Assembly (NCBI RefSeq): GCF_004010195.1
Contig: NC_057757.1
Span: forward strand, 4,427,049-4,491,048
DNA length: 64,000 bases
Direction: 5' to 3'
Origin: Chiloscyllium plagiosum
Lineage: Eukaryota
Shown here piece by piece: positions 1 through 11,966 of the stretch. Each line of letters begins with the position of its first letter. The stretch's first letter is position 1. A program made the translations under genes and the position numbers. The notes beneath the pieces were generated by a model. That model did not search any database. It had not been told where the DNA came from and worked only from the letters and a program-made list of their open reading frames with translations.

Positions 1-69
1 CATTTCTCCTTCTTCATACTTTATATATTAATGTTTACGCAGTTTGCAAACATCACCCTTTGCACTCAT

Positions 70-590
70 GTATAGAGTCATCCAGCACCAAAACAGACCC
101 TTCTGTCCAACCAGTCCGTGCCAAACATAATCTGAACCTAAATTGGTCCCATCTGCCTGCTCCTGGCTCATATCCATCCAACCCTTTCCTATTCCTGGAA
201 TTATTCATATATCTTTTAAACGCTGTATCTGTACCTGCATCCAGCACTTCCTCAGGAAGTTCATTTCACACACAAACCACTCTCTGCATTAAAAAAAATT
301 GCCCCTCATGTCTTTGTTAAATCTTTCTGCTCTTATTTTAGAAATATGCCCCTAGTCTTAAAATCCCCCACCCTAGGGGAAAGCCACCTGCCATTCACAC
401 TGTCTATGCTCCTCATGGCTTAATAAACCTTTATAAGGTCACCTCTCAACTTCCTACACTTGACTGAAAAAAGTCCCAGCCTATCCAGCGTCTCCTTATA
501 ACGCAAACCCTCCATTCCCAGCAACATCCTGGTAAACCTCTCCAGTTTAATAATATCCTCCCTATAACAGGGCGGCCGGAACTGGACACA
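70..590 (-). mobile_element. CR1-type LINE 3' fragment
   Basis: Reverse strand reads as the CR1 ORF2 C-terminus (AFKRYMN...RKGLDGYEPGAGRWD) plus the 3' UTR shared with other copies in the window. Confidence 0.85.
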
Positions 591-694
591 GTCTAGCACA
601 AAAGAAAAAGATAAAATATAATCATTACTCCTTCTTCGTAGTTAATATATTAGCTTTGATACATTTTGGAAACATCACCTATTGCACTCACTTA

Positions 695-980
695 TAGAGT
701 CATACAGCACAGAAACAGACCCTTCGGCCCTACCAGTCCATGCCGACTATAATCTCAAACTAAACTGGTCCTGCCTGCCTGCACTTGGCCATATCCCTCT
801 AAGCCTTTCCTTTTCATGTCCTTACCCAAATGTCTTTTAAACATTGTAACTGTATCCACAGACACCACTTCCTCAGGAAGTTCAGTTCACACAAATCACT
901 CCCTGTGTAAAAACTTTGCCCCTTATATCCTTTTATACATCTTTCTCCTCTCACCTACACCTCTCAGGGTTATATAAACC
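695..980 (-). mobile_element. CR1-type LINE 3' fragment running into gap
   Basis: Same 3' end as 70-590 (tagagtcatacagcacagaaacagacccttcggccc...). Confidence 0.8.
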
Positions 981-1480
981 NNNNNNNNNNNNNNNNNNNN
1001 NNNNNNNNNNNNNNNNNNNNNNNNNNNNNNNNNNNNNNNNNNNNNNNNNNNNNNNNNNNNNNNNNNNNNNNNNNNNNNNNNNNNNNNNNNNNNNNNNNNN
1101 NNNNNNNNNNNNNNNNNNNNNNNNNNNNNNNNNNNNNNNNNNNNNNNNNNNNNNNNNNNNNNNNNNNNNNNNNNNNNNNNNNNNNNNNNNNNNNNNNNNN
1201 NNNNNNNNNNNNNNNNNNNNNNNNNNNNNNNNNNNNNNNNNNNNNNNNNNNNNNNNNNNNNNNNNNNNNNNNNNNNNNNNNNNNNNNNNNNNNNNNNNNN
1301 NNNNNNNNNNNNNNNNNNNNNNNNNNNNNNNNNNNNNNNNNNNNNNNNNNNNNNNNNNNNNNNNNNNNNNNNNNNNNNNNNNNNNNNNNNNNNNNNNNNN
1401 NNNNNNNNNNNNNNNNNNNNNNNNNNNNNNNNNNNNNNNNNNNNNNNNNNNNNNNNNNNNNNNNNNNNNNNNNNNNNNNN
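981..1480. other. Assembly gap (500 N)
   Basis: Run of N. Confidence 1.
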
Positions 1481-2104
1481 GCAGAGTGAGAGAGAAGGTG
1501 GGCAGGCAGAGTGAGAGAGAAGGTGGGCAGAGAGAGTGAGAGAGAAGGTGGGCAGAGAGAGAGAGAGAACACCCTCCCCTCCTTTATCCACCTGAAGTAC
1601 TCTTATCCAGTTCCCTTATGGCTGGCTTCGGTGCTCAGAGTGAGAGAGTGCTTTACCACGCAGAGGTGACTAGTGGCTACCTCTTTGCCTGTACAGCACA
1701 CGACATGAGTGGTACCTCAGCTCGCCCACAATCAATTTGAGGTATTTTAGGTATTGGAGGTGATTTCCTCGAATACCCCGAAGGGTGTGTTTCCGCGCTG
1801 AACATCTCTGAGATGCTATGATGCACTGGAGTTGAGTAGTCTTTAATCCTTGTTTACTTTGATGGGGGGAGCGGGGTGAACATGTATCTCTTACCCAGGC
1901 CATTTTCTTGTCTCCCGTCGTGATCTTATTTTGAGTTTAGGCCCAGGAAATTGCCCTCGAACGTTTAGCATGTTCCTCCTTTTGAATTGCAAACCTACGA
2001 GCTTATTGTGCTGCCTTATAAGGTGTGAGATTCCAAGGTGGGTCTGTCACTGAGCGTAAGGCTCAGCCATCTGTTTGGCTAGAGCAGTCGTCCTGCAAAC
2101 AGAC

Positions 2105-2770
2105 ATAGAGTCATAGAGAGGTACAGCACAGAAAGACTCTTCGGTCCAGCTCGTCCATGCCGATCAGATCTCCTAACCTAATCTAGACCCATTTGCCAGC
2201 ACTTGGCCTATATCCCTCCAAACCCTTCCTATTCATATACCCATTCAGATGCCTTTTAAATGTTGCAATTGTACCAGCCTCCATCACTTCCTCTGGCAGC
2301 TCATTCCATACACGTACCACCCTCTGTGTGAAAAAGTTGCCCTTTAGGTCCCTTTTCCACTCTAAACCAATGTCTTTTCCACTCTAAACCAATGTCCTCT
2401 AGTTCTGGACTGCCCCACCCCAGGGAAAAGACCTTGTCTGTTTACCCTATTCATGCCTCCTCATGATTTTCTAAACCTCTATAAGGTCACCCCTCTGATG
2501 CTCCAGAGAAAACAGCCCCAGCCTGTTCAGCCTGACCTGTAGCTCAAATCCTCCAACCCTGGCAACATCCTTGTAAATCTTTTCTGAACCCTTTCAAGTT
2601 TCACAACATCTTTCTGATAGGAAGGAGACCAGAATTGCATGCGATATTCCAACAGTGGCCTAACCAATGTCCTGTACAGCGGCAACATGACCTCCCAACT
2701 CCTGTACTCAATACTCTGACCAATAAAGGAAAGCATACCAAACGCCTTCTTCACTATCCTGTCCACCTGC
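2105..2770 (-). mobile_element. CR1-type LINE 3' fragment
   Basis: ORF 2527-2811(-) has [33 protein letters not shown], the typical CR1 ORF2 C-terminal region. Confidence 0.9.
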
Positions 2771-3023
2771 GATGTTGGAATTAAAAGTTTGATGTGTCTG
2801 CAACAAGACATAAGACTGCTTAGCTTTAGTGATCAGTTCTCCTCAGAATAAGCACATTCCTCATCACACTTGCTTTACCCTGGAATGTACCATCTTTGTG
2901 GGTTTGAGGGGTGACCTGCCTCTGGCTGATGTTCCTCACTCTGAGTCTATTTTCTCTCTTTCTTTCTCTCTTTCTTTCTCTCTTTCTTTCTTTCTCTCTT
3001 TCTTTCTCTCTCTGGGCCCACAG

Positions 3024-3154
3024 CCAACGCTATCCTGGAGATGTCGAAGGAGAAGCCGGCAGAGCGTAATCTGGACCGCCATGCCCTGCAGTTCACAGCC
3101 TCTGTGCAGCGAGTAGAAATGGAACTTTCCAGCCAGATCCGCTACCTCACCCAG
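3024..3154 (+). CDS. MED11: MED11 (Mediator subunit 11), internal coding exon 2
   Basis: Polypyrimidine tract and cag acceptor at 3021-3023; GTAAGG donor at 3155. Reads (A)[43 protein letters not shown], matching vertebrate MED11 as recalled ([39 protein letters not shown]). Confidence 0.95.
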
Positions 3155-3288
3155 GTAAGGCCAGAGGGTTCCCTGTCAGGGCGAAACTCCCCGGGTGGAG
3201 CGCCAGGCTTTTCAGCTATGGGCCTGCCGCCCAACACTGCAACTCCCTCCCCCACACTCTGCCAACACCACCCTTCCCCTTCCAATAG

Positions 3289-3843
3289 TAACCCCCTCCA
3301 GCCCCTACACCCCTCCCTATCTCTGTAACCCCCTCCAGCCCCTACACCCCTCCCTATCTCTGTAACCCCCTCCAGCCCCTACACCCCTCCCTATCTCTGT
3401 AACCCCCTCCAGCCCCTACACCCCTCCCTATCTCTGTAACCCCCTCCAGCCCCTACACCCCTCCCTATCTCTGTAACCCCCTCCAGCCCCTACACCCCTC
3501 CCTATCTCTGTAACCCCCTCCAGCCCCTACACCCCTCCCTATCTCTGTAACCCCCTCCAGCCCCTACACCCCTCCCTATCTCTGTAACCCCCTCCAGCCC
3601 CTACACCCCTCCCTATCTCTGTAACCCCCTCCAGCCCCTACACCCCTCCCTATCTCTGTAACCCCCTCCAGCCCCTACACCCCTCCCTATCTCTGTAACC
3701 CCCTCCAGCCCCTACACCCCTCCCTATCTCTGTAACCCCCTCCAGCCCCTACACCCCTCCCTATCTCTGTAACCCCCTCCAGCCCCTACACCCCTCCCTA
3801 TCCCTGTAACCCCCTCCAGCCCCTACACCCCCTCCGTATCCCT
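3289..3843. repeat. 37-bp minisatellite, about 15 copies, in MED11 intron
   Basis: Unit taaccccctccagcccctacacccctccctatctctg starts at 3289, 3326, 3363 ... 3807. Confidence 0.97.
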
Positions 3844-4552
3844 CTAATCTCTGTACTCCATTCTGTTGCACCACGCAGACAATTGAGATCAGGAGCGAAC
3901 AGAGACCGCTCTGTCCATTCAGCCCCTGCTGATTGTCGGAAATCAGCCTTGGACTCTGTTTCGCCCTCCGATTCCTTTGCCCAGCTCCCCCCCCACACCC
4001 CCTGTCGACTCGCAAACCCCCAGGATCTGCGGTCATTTTACCAGGGGGCGTTCCCGCTGCCGTCACGGGGAGCGCTAGCCCCAATATCGAGAGCTGGACA
4101 TGTTCGGGAACACCACCTCAGCTTTTCCTCCTTCCAGCTTCGCTGGGTTCCCGCCCTCCCGGGACTGGCCTGTCCCATCCTGCGGCATTGTCTCGAAACG
4201 CCTCCCCAGGTCGAGCAGCTCGATGTTTAACGTAACCCGGCTTCGGTGAGAAGAACCTCAGGAGGGAGAGCTTTCCCCGCCGGGATGTGGGAATCTCCAT
4301 CTCTCGGGCGATTCCGCCCCATGTAGTTTTTCTTGGGGGGGGGGAAAAAAAACCCGGGCGGTGTGCCTGTTTCATGAGTCCTTTCTGCCTCCCCCAACCC
4401 CTCGCCGTCCGTCCCAGCAACCCCTCCCACTGCAGCTGTTTGGCAGATAAAACCGTGAAAGGGGCGACATCGAGTTGTGAGTGAGCAATGCAAGTCTTGC
4501 CTCCGGCCTGTCTCTCTCTCTCTCTCTCTCTTTCTCCGACCCCACCCACCAG

Positions 4553-4693
4553 GTCGCCACGGGGCAGCCTCACGAAGGCTCCAGCTATTCCGCCAGGAAG
4601 GATGCGCAGATGGCGGTCAACCGGGTGGAGTACACGCACGTCAAAGTCCGAGACCTAGCCAGGTCCTGCGACCAGATGCTGGAGCAGCCGTGA
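4553..4693 (+). CDS. MED11: MED11 last coding exon 3
   Basis: (CT)n tract and cag acceptor ending 4552, phase 0 consistent with exon 2. Reads [58 protein letters not shown] is the MED11 signature. Confidence 0.96.
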   Translation, partial: VATGQPHEGSSYSARKDAQMAVNRVEYTHVKVRDLARSCDQMLEQP

Positions 4694-5666
4694 ACAGGAC
4701 TGTGGGGAGGGGGGTGGTGGGGGAGGGGGCAAGGGGAGTCTGGGAGGTCGGGGGTGGGGGTGGTCAATGAGGTTTGTGAGGAACCTTTCTCTCTCTCCCC
4801 CCTCTTCCCCCCCCCCACCCCCATCGATCTCTACATCCTTTGCTCTCCACCCCACACCCCCCTCCCCTCCCCCAGTTTGTAGACTGTGGAGCCTCCCCAA
4901 ACCTTCATCCCCGCCCCTCCCCTGCCTCCAGGTCTGGGGGGGTATTGGGGGTGGGGAGGGGGGAATTGCTTGGGCAAGCGGCTCTTTCTTTCAGAAGGAC
5001 CCTTCTGTCCTCAGCGTCATCTCAACGCTCTCACCCTACCCCACCTCACTCAGACCCTCGCCAAAGAGGGCATTTACTCGCACCCCACCCCTGTCTCTCT
5101 CTCGCTCTCTCTCNTCTCTCTCTCTCTGTTTCTCTCTTTGCCCTCTCTTTATCTCTGGCTTTCTTTCTCTCTCCCTTCATTCCTCTCTCTTTCACTCTCT
5201 TCAACCCCTCCATCACCCCCAGCCCTAACTCTGTCAGCCCCACTCTGCCCCTAACCCTCCCAGCAATGCTGGCTCTTCCCTGTGGCCCTCACTACCCCTT
5301 GGGGGTGGGGGGGGGTTGGGTGGTTGGCTATGCGATCAGACATCGGCAAATGTGGACTTAAGTCTTGGTTGATTTTCTGATCCATCGAACGCAGTCTCTC
5401 TCCGTCCGTCCATCCATCCCTCCACTCTCTCCCGCTCTCTCCGTCCCTCCCTCTCTCACCCTCCCTTCCTCTCTCACCCTCTCTCCTCTTTCCCTCACTC
5501 CGTCCCTCCCTGCTCTCTCGTATATTACTTGCAGCGGTTAGTGAGCCTATGGATGTGGTACTCAGATGTTGCTGTATCCATGCTGTTATTTTGATGTTAC
5601 AGTATTGTTTTGTACTCGGGTTTCTGTGTCCGAAGACCAGGAGAGACCCCTAGCCCCCTCTTCCAG

Positions 5667-5672
5667 AATAAA
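5667..5672 (+). promoter_or_regulatory. Candidate MED11 polyadenylation signal
   Basis: First AATAAA I found downstream of the stop, about 1 kb away, with GT-rich sequence near 5750-5790. Confidence 0.5.
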
Positions 5673-5934
5673 CAGCCTGCAGCATGTCTCTCAGATCCTG
5701 TCCCCTTTGTATCCCTCCCTGATCCACTTCACAAAATCACCACCGGTTTCGTGAGTGTGTATGTGCAAATGTGCACGTGCATGTGTGCCAGTGATGGGTG
5801 CACTGGTGGTCTTTCAGACAGTGCTGGCGTATGGGGTCATGGGGAAACGGACATTGGTACCCGAGCTGGGGCTGGCATGATGGGCTGAATGGCCTCCTGT
5901 GTCAAATGCTTCCTTGAAAGCAACATCACCACAT

Positions 5935-6722
5935 CAGGGTGGTGAAAGAAGCGTTTAGCTTGTCTTCATTGCTGTGACCTTTGAGTATAGGAGTTGGGGA
6001 CGTCATGTTGAGGTTGTACAGGATGTTGGTGAGGCCTGTTCTGGAGCACTGTGTCCAGTTATAGGGAGGATAAACTGAAGAAGGTTTGGAAGAGATTTAC
6101 CAGGGTTGGAGGGTTTGAGTTATTAGGAAAGGCTGAACAGGCTGGGGCTGTTTTCCCTGGAGCATCAGAAACTGAAGGGAGACCTTATTAAGGTTTATAA
6201 AATCATGAGGGACATGGATAGGGTGAATAAGCAAGGTCTTTTTTCTGGGGTAAGAGAGTCCAAGACTAGAGGGCATAGGGTTTAGGGTGAGAGGATAAAG
6301 ATTTAAAAGGGCCCTGAGGGACAACTGTTTCACGCAGAGGGTGGTATATGTGTGGAACGAGCTGCCAGGGGAAGTGCTGGTCCGATTACAGCGTTTGAAA
6401 GGCTGTTGAGAGAGTGGTGCTGGAAAAGCACAGCAGGTCAGGCAGCATTCCTGATGAAGGGCTTTTGCCCGAAATGTCGACCCTCCTGCTCCTCGCGTGC
6501 TGCCTGACCTTGCTGTGCTTTTCCAGCACCACACTCTCGACTCTGGTCTCCAGCATCTGCAGTCCTCACTCTCTCCAACGTTTAAAAGGCATCTGGAAAG
6601 GTACGTGAATCGGAAGGGTCGAGAGGGATATGGGCCAAGTGCTGGCAAATGGGACTAGATTAGGTTGGGAATGTGGTCGGCATGGACGGAGTCGGGCCGA
6701 AGGGTCTATTTCTGTGCTGTCT
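5935..6722 (+). mobile_element. CR1-type LINE 3' fragment interrupted at 6404-6578 by a Penelope-derived fold-back insert
   Basis: Decayed ORF2 C-terminal sequence and 3' UTR on both sides of the insert. Confidence 0.85.
6447..6482 (+). ncRNA. Minimal hammerhead ribozyme motif, Penelope family A (stem III decayed)
   Basis: attc-CTGATGA-A-GGGC-tttt-GCCC-GAA-ATGT-C-ga; tetramer is ATGT rather than the palindromic ACGT. Confidence 0.6.
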
Positions 6723-8030
6723 GTCCAACTGCTGCCTCCTATTTGATGGCAGTGCAGCATTGAGGCCTTGCGTCACACAGTGAAGACTTGGACACAGTGG
6801 AGTCACCGACAGGATATCTGGGGATGTTCGCCGGGGAATGAGGGATTGGATTCCTGTTCGCGGATCCTTAAAGGATCAGGCCCGGAGCGGGTTTCTCTCC
6901 CGCGGTGTTAACACCAGGCCTCAGATTGTCAGAAGATGTGGTCCAGTCGGGTCCAATGTTGAGAGCAGGGGCTCTCTAACTCCCTCCTGAGGCTCAGTGG
7001 GTCAATACACTCAACCACCGATGGACCCTCTGTCCTAACCCATCATTTGTCCAAAATGGTTTGACCCCCCCAGGCGGATAAAGAGATGGCAGGACCGCTG
7101 AAGGGCTTGCGACAATATTGAGGGGGAAATCGGGAATGGGAATTCCAATATGCAGAGGGATCTGGGGGACTTGGAGCATTAAGTGGCAGAATGTTTATGA
7201 ACCGATAATCAGGAAGGCTAATGGGAGTCTTACGTGAGGGTTTGACCACAAAGACTACTTTGTTTCTACACAGTTTAAAAACCACCCAACACCAGGTTAT
7301 AGTCCAACAGGTTTAACCGGAAGCACTAGCTTTCGGAGTGCATCATCATGATGAAGGAGTGGCACTCTGAAAGCTAATGCTTCCAATGGGCTGTAACCTG
7401 ACATATGGTTTTTAACTTTGTCCACCCCAGTCCAAACACCAGCACTTTCACATTTTGTTTATACAAGACGTTGGCGAGACCACATCTCCAAGGTAACGCA
7501 GTTTTTGGTCTCCTTGTAACAGATGTCAACGTGTTGGTGGTGGTTCGGGGAATGCTTTACCAGGTTGGTACCTGGAACCAACAGGTTGTCCCACGTCGAT
7601 AGGTTAGATGGATTGTAGTTGTTTGCACTGGAGTTGAGCAGTGTGGATGGGGGTGGGATTTAATCAAAGGGACATGGCAAGGAGGATTTGAAAGCCAGAT
7701 GTTGGCGGGAGGAATCCGGAGCCATTTGAAATGCCGTGCCTCCCTTTTCAGGCAGAGTTCAGGAGACGTTGTCTTACTCTCAGGAGTTTGAGAGACTTTG
7801 GAAAGCCCTGCCTCAGAAAAGGCAGCGCAGGTGTTGAGTATTTTCAAGGCACGGGGTAGAAAGATTCCAATGGGCAGGGAAGGTTGAGCGTCGTCAGTGG
7901 AAATGCAGAATATGGAACGCAAAGCGATCACAATCTGGTGGACGAACAGAGCAAGGTTGACTGACTGAATGGACTATTCCCGCATGAAGTCCAAAAACTC
8001 GCCAATGATTTGTTTATGATGCAGGAATAA

Positions 8031-8969
8031 TTTATTAAGCTGGAATACTGCAATTACATCATCCACCATCGATATAGAAACCAATTGGAGTCCAACTTGA
8101 CTCAACCCAACCCAATAACTCCCACCCCCTCTGGAGTTCAGCTCCGCCTATCTCCCAGGAAAACAAATGACTTTAACTCAATTCAGGCCCAACACCCAAC
8201 TGACCTCAACCCAACTCATTGGAGATAAACCCCACCCCAACCTCATTGACATTTACAGGTGAAGGACCCAACTCTTCAGTTGCCTTCCTTGTTCGAACCT
8301 CGCTCAGAGAAGGGCTGGATTGAGGTGCTGACCGACTCTTCAATGTCCTCAGTGGCAGGTTTGCATCTTCACTCTCACTGTCGGAAGAGAAGTAGAAAGT
8401 GGGACCTATTTGTGTTTGCGGTGTCTGGTTAATGAGGAAGAGTTCATGGTAATCTTTAGGAGGGTCCCTCAGCCATTCTGACCGTGATTCAGTCCTACTA
8501 CAGCAACTTATAGGCACAATGTAGGGGGCACAAAGACTATCGTGCTTTCTGATGAAATGTCCGAGTCAATACAGCCCACTCCCAAGACTATTGCAATCAC
8601 TCAGCTGGTTGTGAGCTCTGTCTGGGCTCATTACAATGGGAAAACCCAACTGAATCGATGCACTGGAGCTAATTCACGAGGTCTCCAGAGTAGGATGTTA
8701 CTGAATGGATCACAATCGTTCCCCAGGGCTCTGCAGTCCGATAACCAGCAGGAGCCTTCTCCTGAGGGATAGCATTGTTTGTGTGAATGGTCACCAGTGA
8801 GCAGGGTAGTCCACAGGGTCATGGTGTAACAGGGATGGGGAGGAACATGTGGCGTGCTCGATCCGAACCAGACGAAAGGGGTGCTCCTGTTTATCTTAAC
8901 TAATTCCATGAGAAGCGAATGGGGGCGGACAATTACGCCCGCAAGGATTCCACGCTGGGAGACAGGTTC
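8031..8969 (-). other. Candidate terminal exon of an unidentified minus-strand transcript
   Basis: Apparently non-repetitive 0.94 kb block bounded by a strong acceptor (tatttctctcctcgttttcAG, AG at 8971-8970) and AATAAA at 8036-8031 on the minus strand. No protein homology recognised. Confidence 0.4.
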
Positions 8970-9302
8970 CTGAAAACGAGGAGAGAAATATCCAATTAGT
9001 GTCTTCGTAACCGATTTGAGGAGCGTGAAGGGGGTCGGGTGTAGGGTAAGTATGGTTCACGCTGCAACAGGGAAATTATCATGGCAGGCACGCAATCATG
9101 GGTGGGGGGAGGACAGTTTGTGACGCAGTGGTACTGTCCCTATCTCTGAGCCAGGAGGCTGTGTTTAAATCCCACCTGCTCCAGAGTGAACATCTCTGAT
9201 TTGGTCAAGTGCAAAGCAGGTGCTCGCAGTGACGTTGGAGAGGTTGGGGGTCAGGGGCACTGGCAGGGGCTGGCAGATTCAAGAGGCCGAGTGGCTTCCT
9301 GC

Positions 9303-9401
9303 CTTTTCTCTCTCTCTCTCTCTTTCTTTCTCTCGGTCTTTCTTTCTTTCTTTTTTTTTCTTTCTCTTTCTCTCTCTCTCTCTCCCTCTCTCTCTCTCTC
9401 T

Positions 9402-9456
<55 letters not shown>

Positions 9457-9459
9457 TTT
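9303..9459. repeat. (CT)n/(CTTT)n microsatellite
   Basis: Direct inspection. Confidence 0.95.
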
Positions 9460-10129
9460 GATATCTATTAGAACTGACTTGCAGTGGCTCAAAGTGGTCA
9501 GAGCATTATGGCTGTCATCGAAGCTGGTAACAAACTTCCCATGGTTTCAAAATCGTAAATGATAGAGTAGGTACGAGGTCTGATGACACTGTTGGAGTAC
9601 TGATGTTGTTGTTAATCACATTAACTCGGCAGGAGTTGACTGAATTTATATTGTCTCTTTCTGAATCTCAAGATGTCTCTCTGGGCAATATGTCTCCAAT
9701 AAACAGCAATGTGACAATGCACAGGGATCATCTGTTTTGATTTAAATTGGAGTCCAGCCTTGGTCAACAGCCAGTGTGGAGTTTGCACATTCCCCTATGA
9801 TTGTGTGGGCCCCCTCCAGGTGCTCTGGTTTCCTTGCACAGTTCAAATATTTGTGGGTTAGGTGGGTCATTTGTGCGAAATTGTCCACAGTGTCCAGGAT
9901 TGTACAGAATAGGTGGATCAGCCATGGGAAATGCAGTGGTACAAGGATGGAGTGCTCCAGGTGGGATGCTCTTTGGATGGTTGGTGGGGTTTGATGGGTC
10001 AATTCTCTCATGCCACACTGTTGGGATTCTATTCTATGATTGAGGATAAAGGCTATTCTATGATTGAGGATAAAGCAGGGTGTCCTTGGAGAAGGAGCAT
10101 GTGGTATGTATCAATGCTCTCGATGCCTT

Positions 10130-10866
10130 TAGATGGGGTACTGGGCTAATGGTCGGATACTTGGTAGTGTGGATGAGCAGAGGGATCTTGGTGTCCATGT
10201 ACACAGATCTCTGAAAGTTGCCACCCAGGTAAATAGTGCGGTGAGGAAGGCATATGGCGTACTGGCTTTTATTGGTAGAGGAATTGAGTTCCGGAGTCCT
10301 GAGGTCATGATGCAGTTGTATAAGACTCTGGTGCGGCCGCATCTGGAATATTGTGTGCAGTTTTGGTTGCCATACTATAGGAAGGATGTGGAGGCACTGG
10401 AACGGGTGCAGAGGAGGTTTACCAGGATGTTGCCTGGTATGGAAGGAAGATCGTATGAGGAAAGACTGAGACACTTGGGGCTGTTTTCATTAGAGAAAAG
10501 AAGGTTTAGGGGTGACTTGATTGAGGTGTACAAGATGATTAGGGGGTTAGATAGGGTTGACAGTGTGAACCTTTTCCCGCGTATGGAGTCGGGTATTACA
10601 AGAGGGCATAGCTATAAATTAAGGTGGGGGGGGTAGATATAGGACTGAAGTTGGGGTAGGTTCTTCACTCAGCGAGTCGTACGTTCATGGAATGCCCTGC
10701 CAGTAGCAGTGGTGGACTCTCCCTCTTTATGGGCATTTAAGCGGGCATTGGATAGGTATATGGAGGATAGTGGGTTAGTGTAGGTTAGGTGAGCTTGGAT
10801 CGGCGCAACATCGAGGGCCAAAGGGCCTGTACTGCGCTGTATTCTTCTATGTTCTATGTTCTATGT
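10130..10866 (+). mobile_element. CR1-type LINE 3' fragment with (TTCTATG)n tail
   Basis: ORF 10133-10636 EQRDLGVHVHRSLK...[17 protein letters not shown]; ends attcttctatgttctatgttctatg. Confidence 0.92.
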
Positions 10867-11498
10867 CGCGTGTGTAGGTTTCGGACACAGTGAAGAACAA
10901 CAAGTGTGTAAATCTTTATTTATATTCCACCACCTGGAAGAAAGGAAACACCCGAGTGGCCAGTGACAAGCAGTGCCCTTCACATCAAAGGGCAATGCTG
11001 TGTGAGATAGATTTTTAATTAGTAATGGATGGGTGATTCCAGAACGGGGGCGGGGGGAGATGGTTCACATTAGACACCATTCGCAGCATCAGGAAGCCCC
11101 TCTTAAATGCGGAGGTAGAAATCCTTCCACCCAATAAATGTTGGGGTTCGATGGGATGAATGGCCTCTTCCTGTTCCTAGTTCTCACGTTCCGATTGGCC
11201 CGTGATCTCGTCGAGTGGGCTGGTAGATAAGAGAGGCTGAGTGGCCTCCTGCTTCCCCCCCCCCCCTTCACCCCTCCCCCGCAACCCGATGGCCACCGAA
11301 AGCTGAGCTCTCTCTTCACCAGTCACAGCTTCCGCTCTGTGTGATTATTATCCCCCCCCCACCACCACCACCACCACGTTACGCTGTTGGGGTAATACAG
11401 ACATTGGAGGTGAGGTAGGCACGAGGGAGACCTCCCGATCACCACGTCCCTTGTTCTCGACTTGACTGCCAATGGAAGTCCTGGGGGTGGGGGAATAT

Positions 11499-11815
11499 GT
11501 CGATCGTATTGAGGGCTACTGCAGGCTGCAGCGCAACATAGACAGGGTGCAGAGCTGGGCTGAGAAATGGCAGATGGAGTTCAACCTGGATAAAACGCGA
11601 AGTGATGCATTTTGGAAGGTCGAACATGAATGCTGAATAAACGATTAAAGACAGGATTCTTGACAGTGTGGCGGTACAGAGGGATCTGGGTGTGCAAGTA
11701 CATAGATCCCTCAAAGTTGCCTCCCAAGTGGAGAGGGTTGTTAAGAAAGTATATGGTGTTTTGGTTTTCATTAACAGGGGGATCAGGTTTAAGGGCAGTG
11801 AGGTGAAGCAGGATG
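11499..11815 (+). mobile_element. CR1-type LINE internal RT fragment
   Basis: Encodes LQRNIDRVQSWAEKWQMEFN and QRDLGVQVHRSLKV motifs. Confidence 0.85.
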
Positions 11816-11966
11816 GTCTGTGCTAGAGGTGTGTCAGGGTGCACTGAGAGCCGGAAGGGGCTTAGGGGTGCCTTAGAGTGGCCAGAAATTGGGAGGGTTG
11901 GTGTGTTGCTGGGGTTCTGTATTTTATGCACTGTTATTTATGTAATTGAACTATATGTACTTACTG

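Noticed and set aside
916..1591. Long X-containing ORFs here and at 16778-17860, 20208-21135 and 55671-56643
   Set aside because: Artefacts of translating through N gaps.
3155..3328. C-terminal extension of ORF 3041-3328
   Set aside because: Read-through into the intron past the MED11 donor at 3155.
3289..3843. CRISPR-like array
   Set aside because: Head-to-tail repeats with no unique spacers, in a vertebrate intron.
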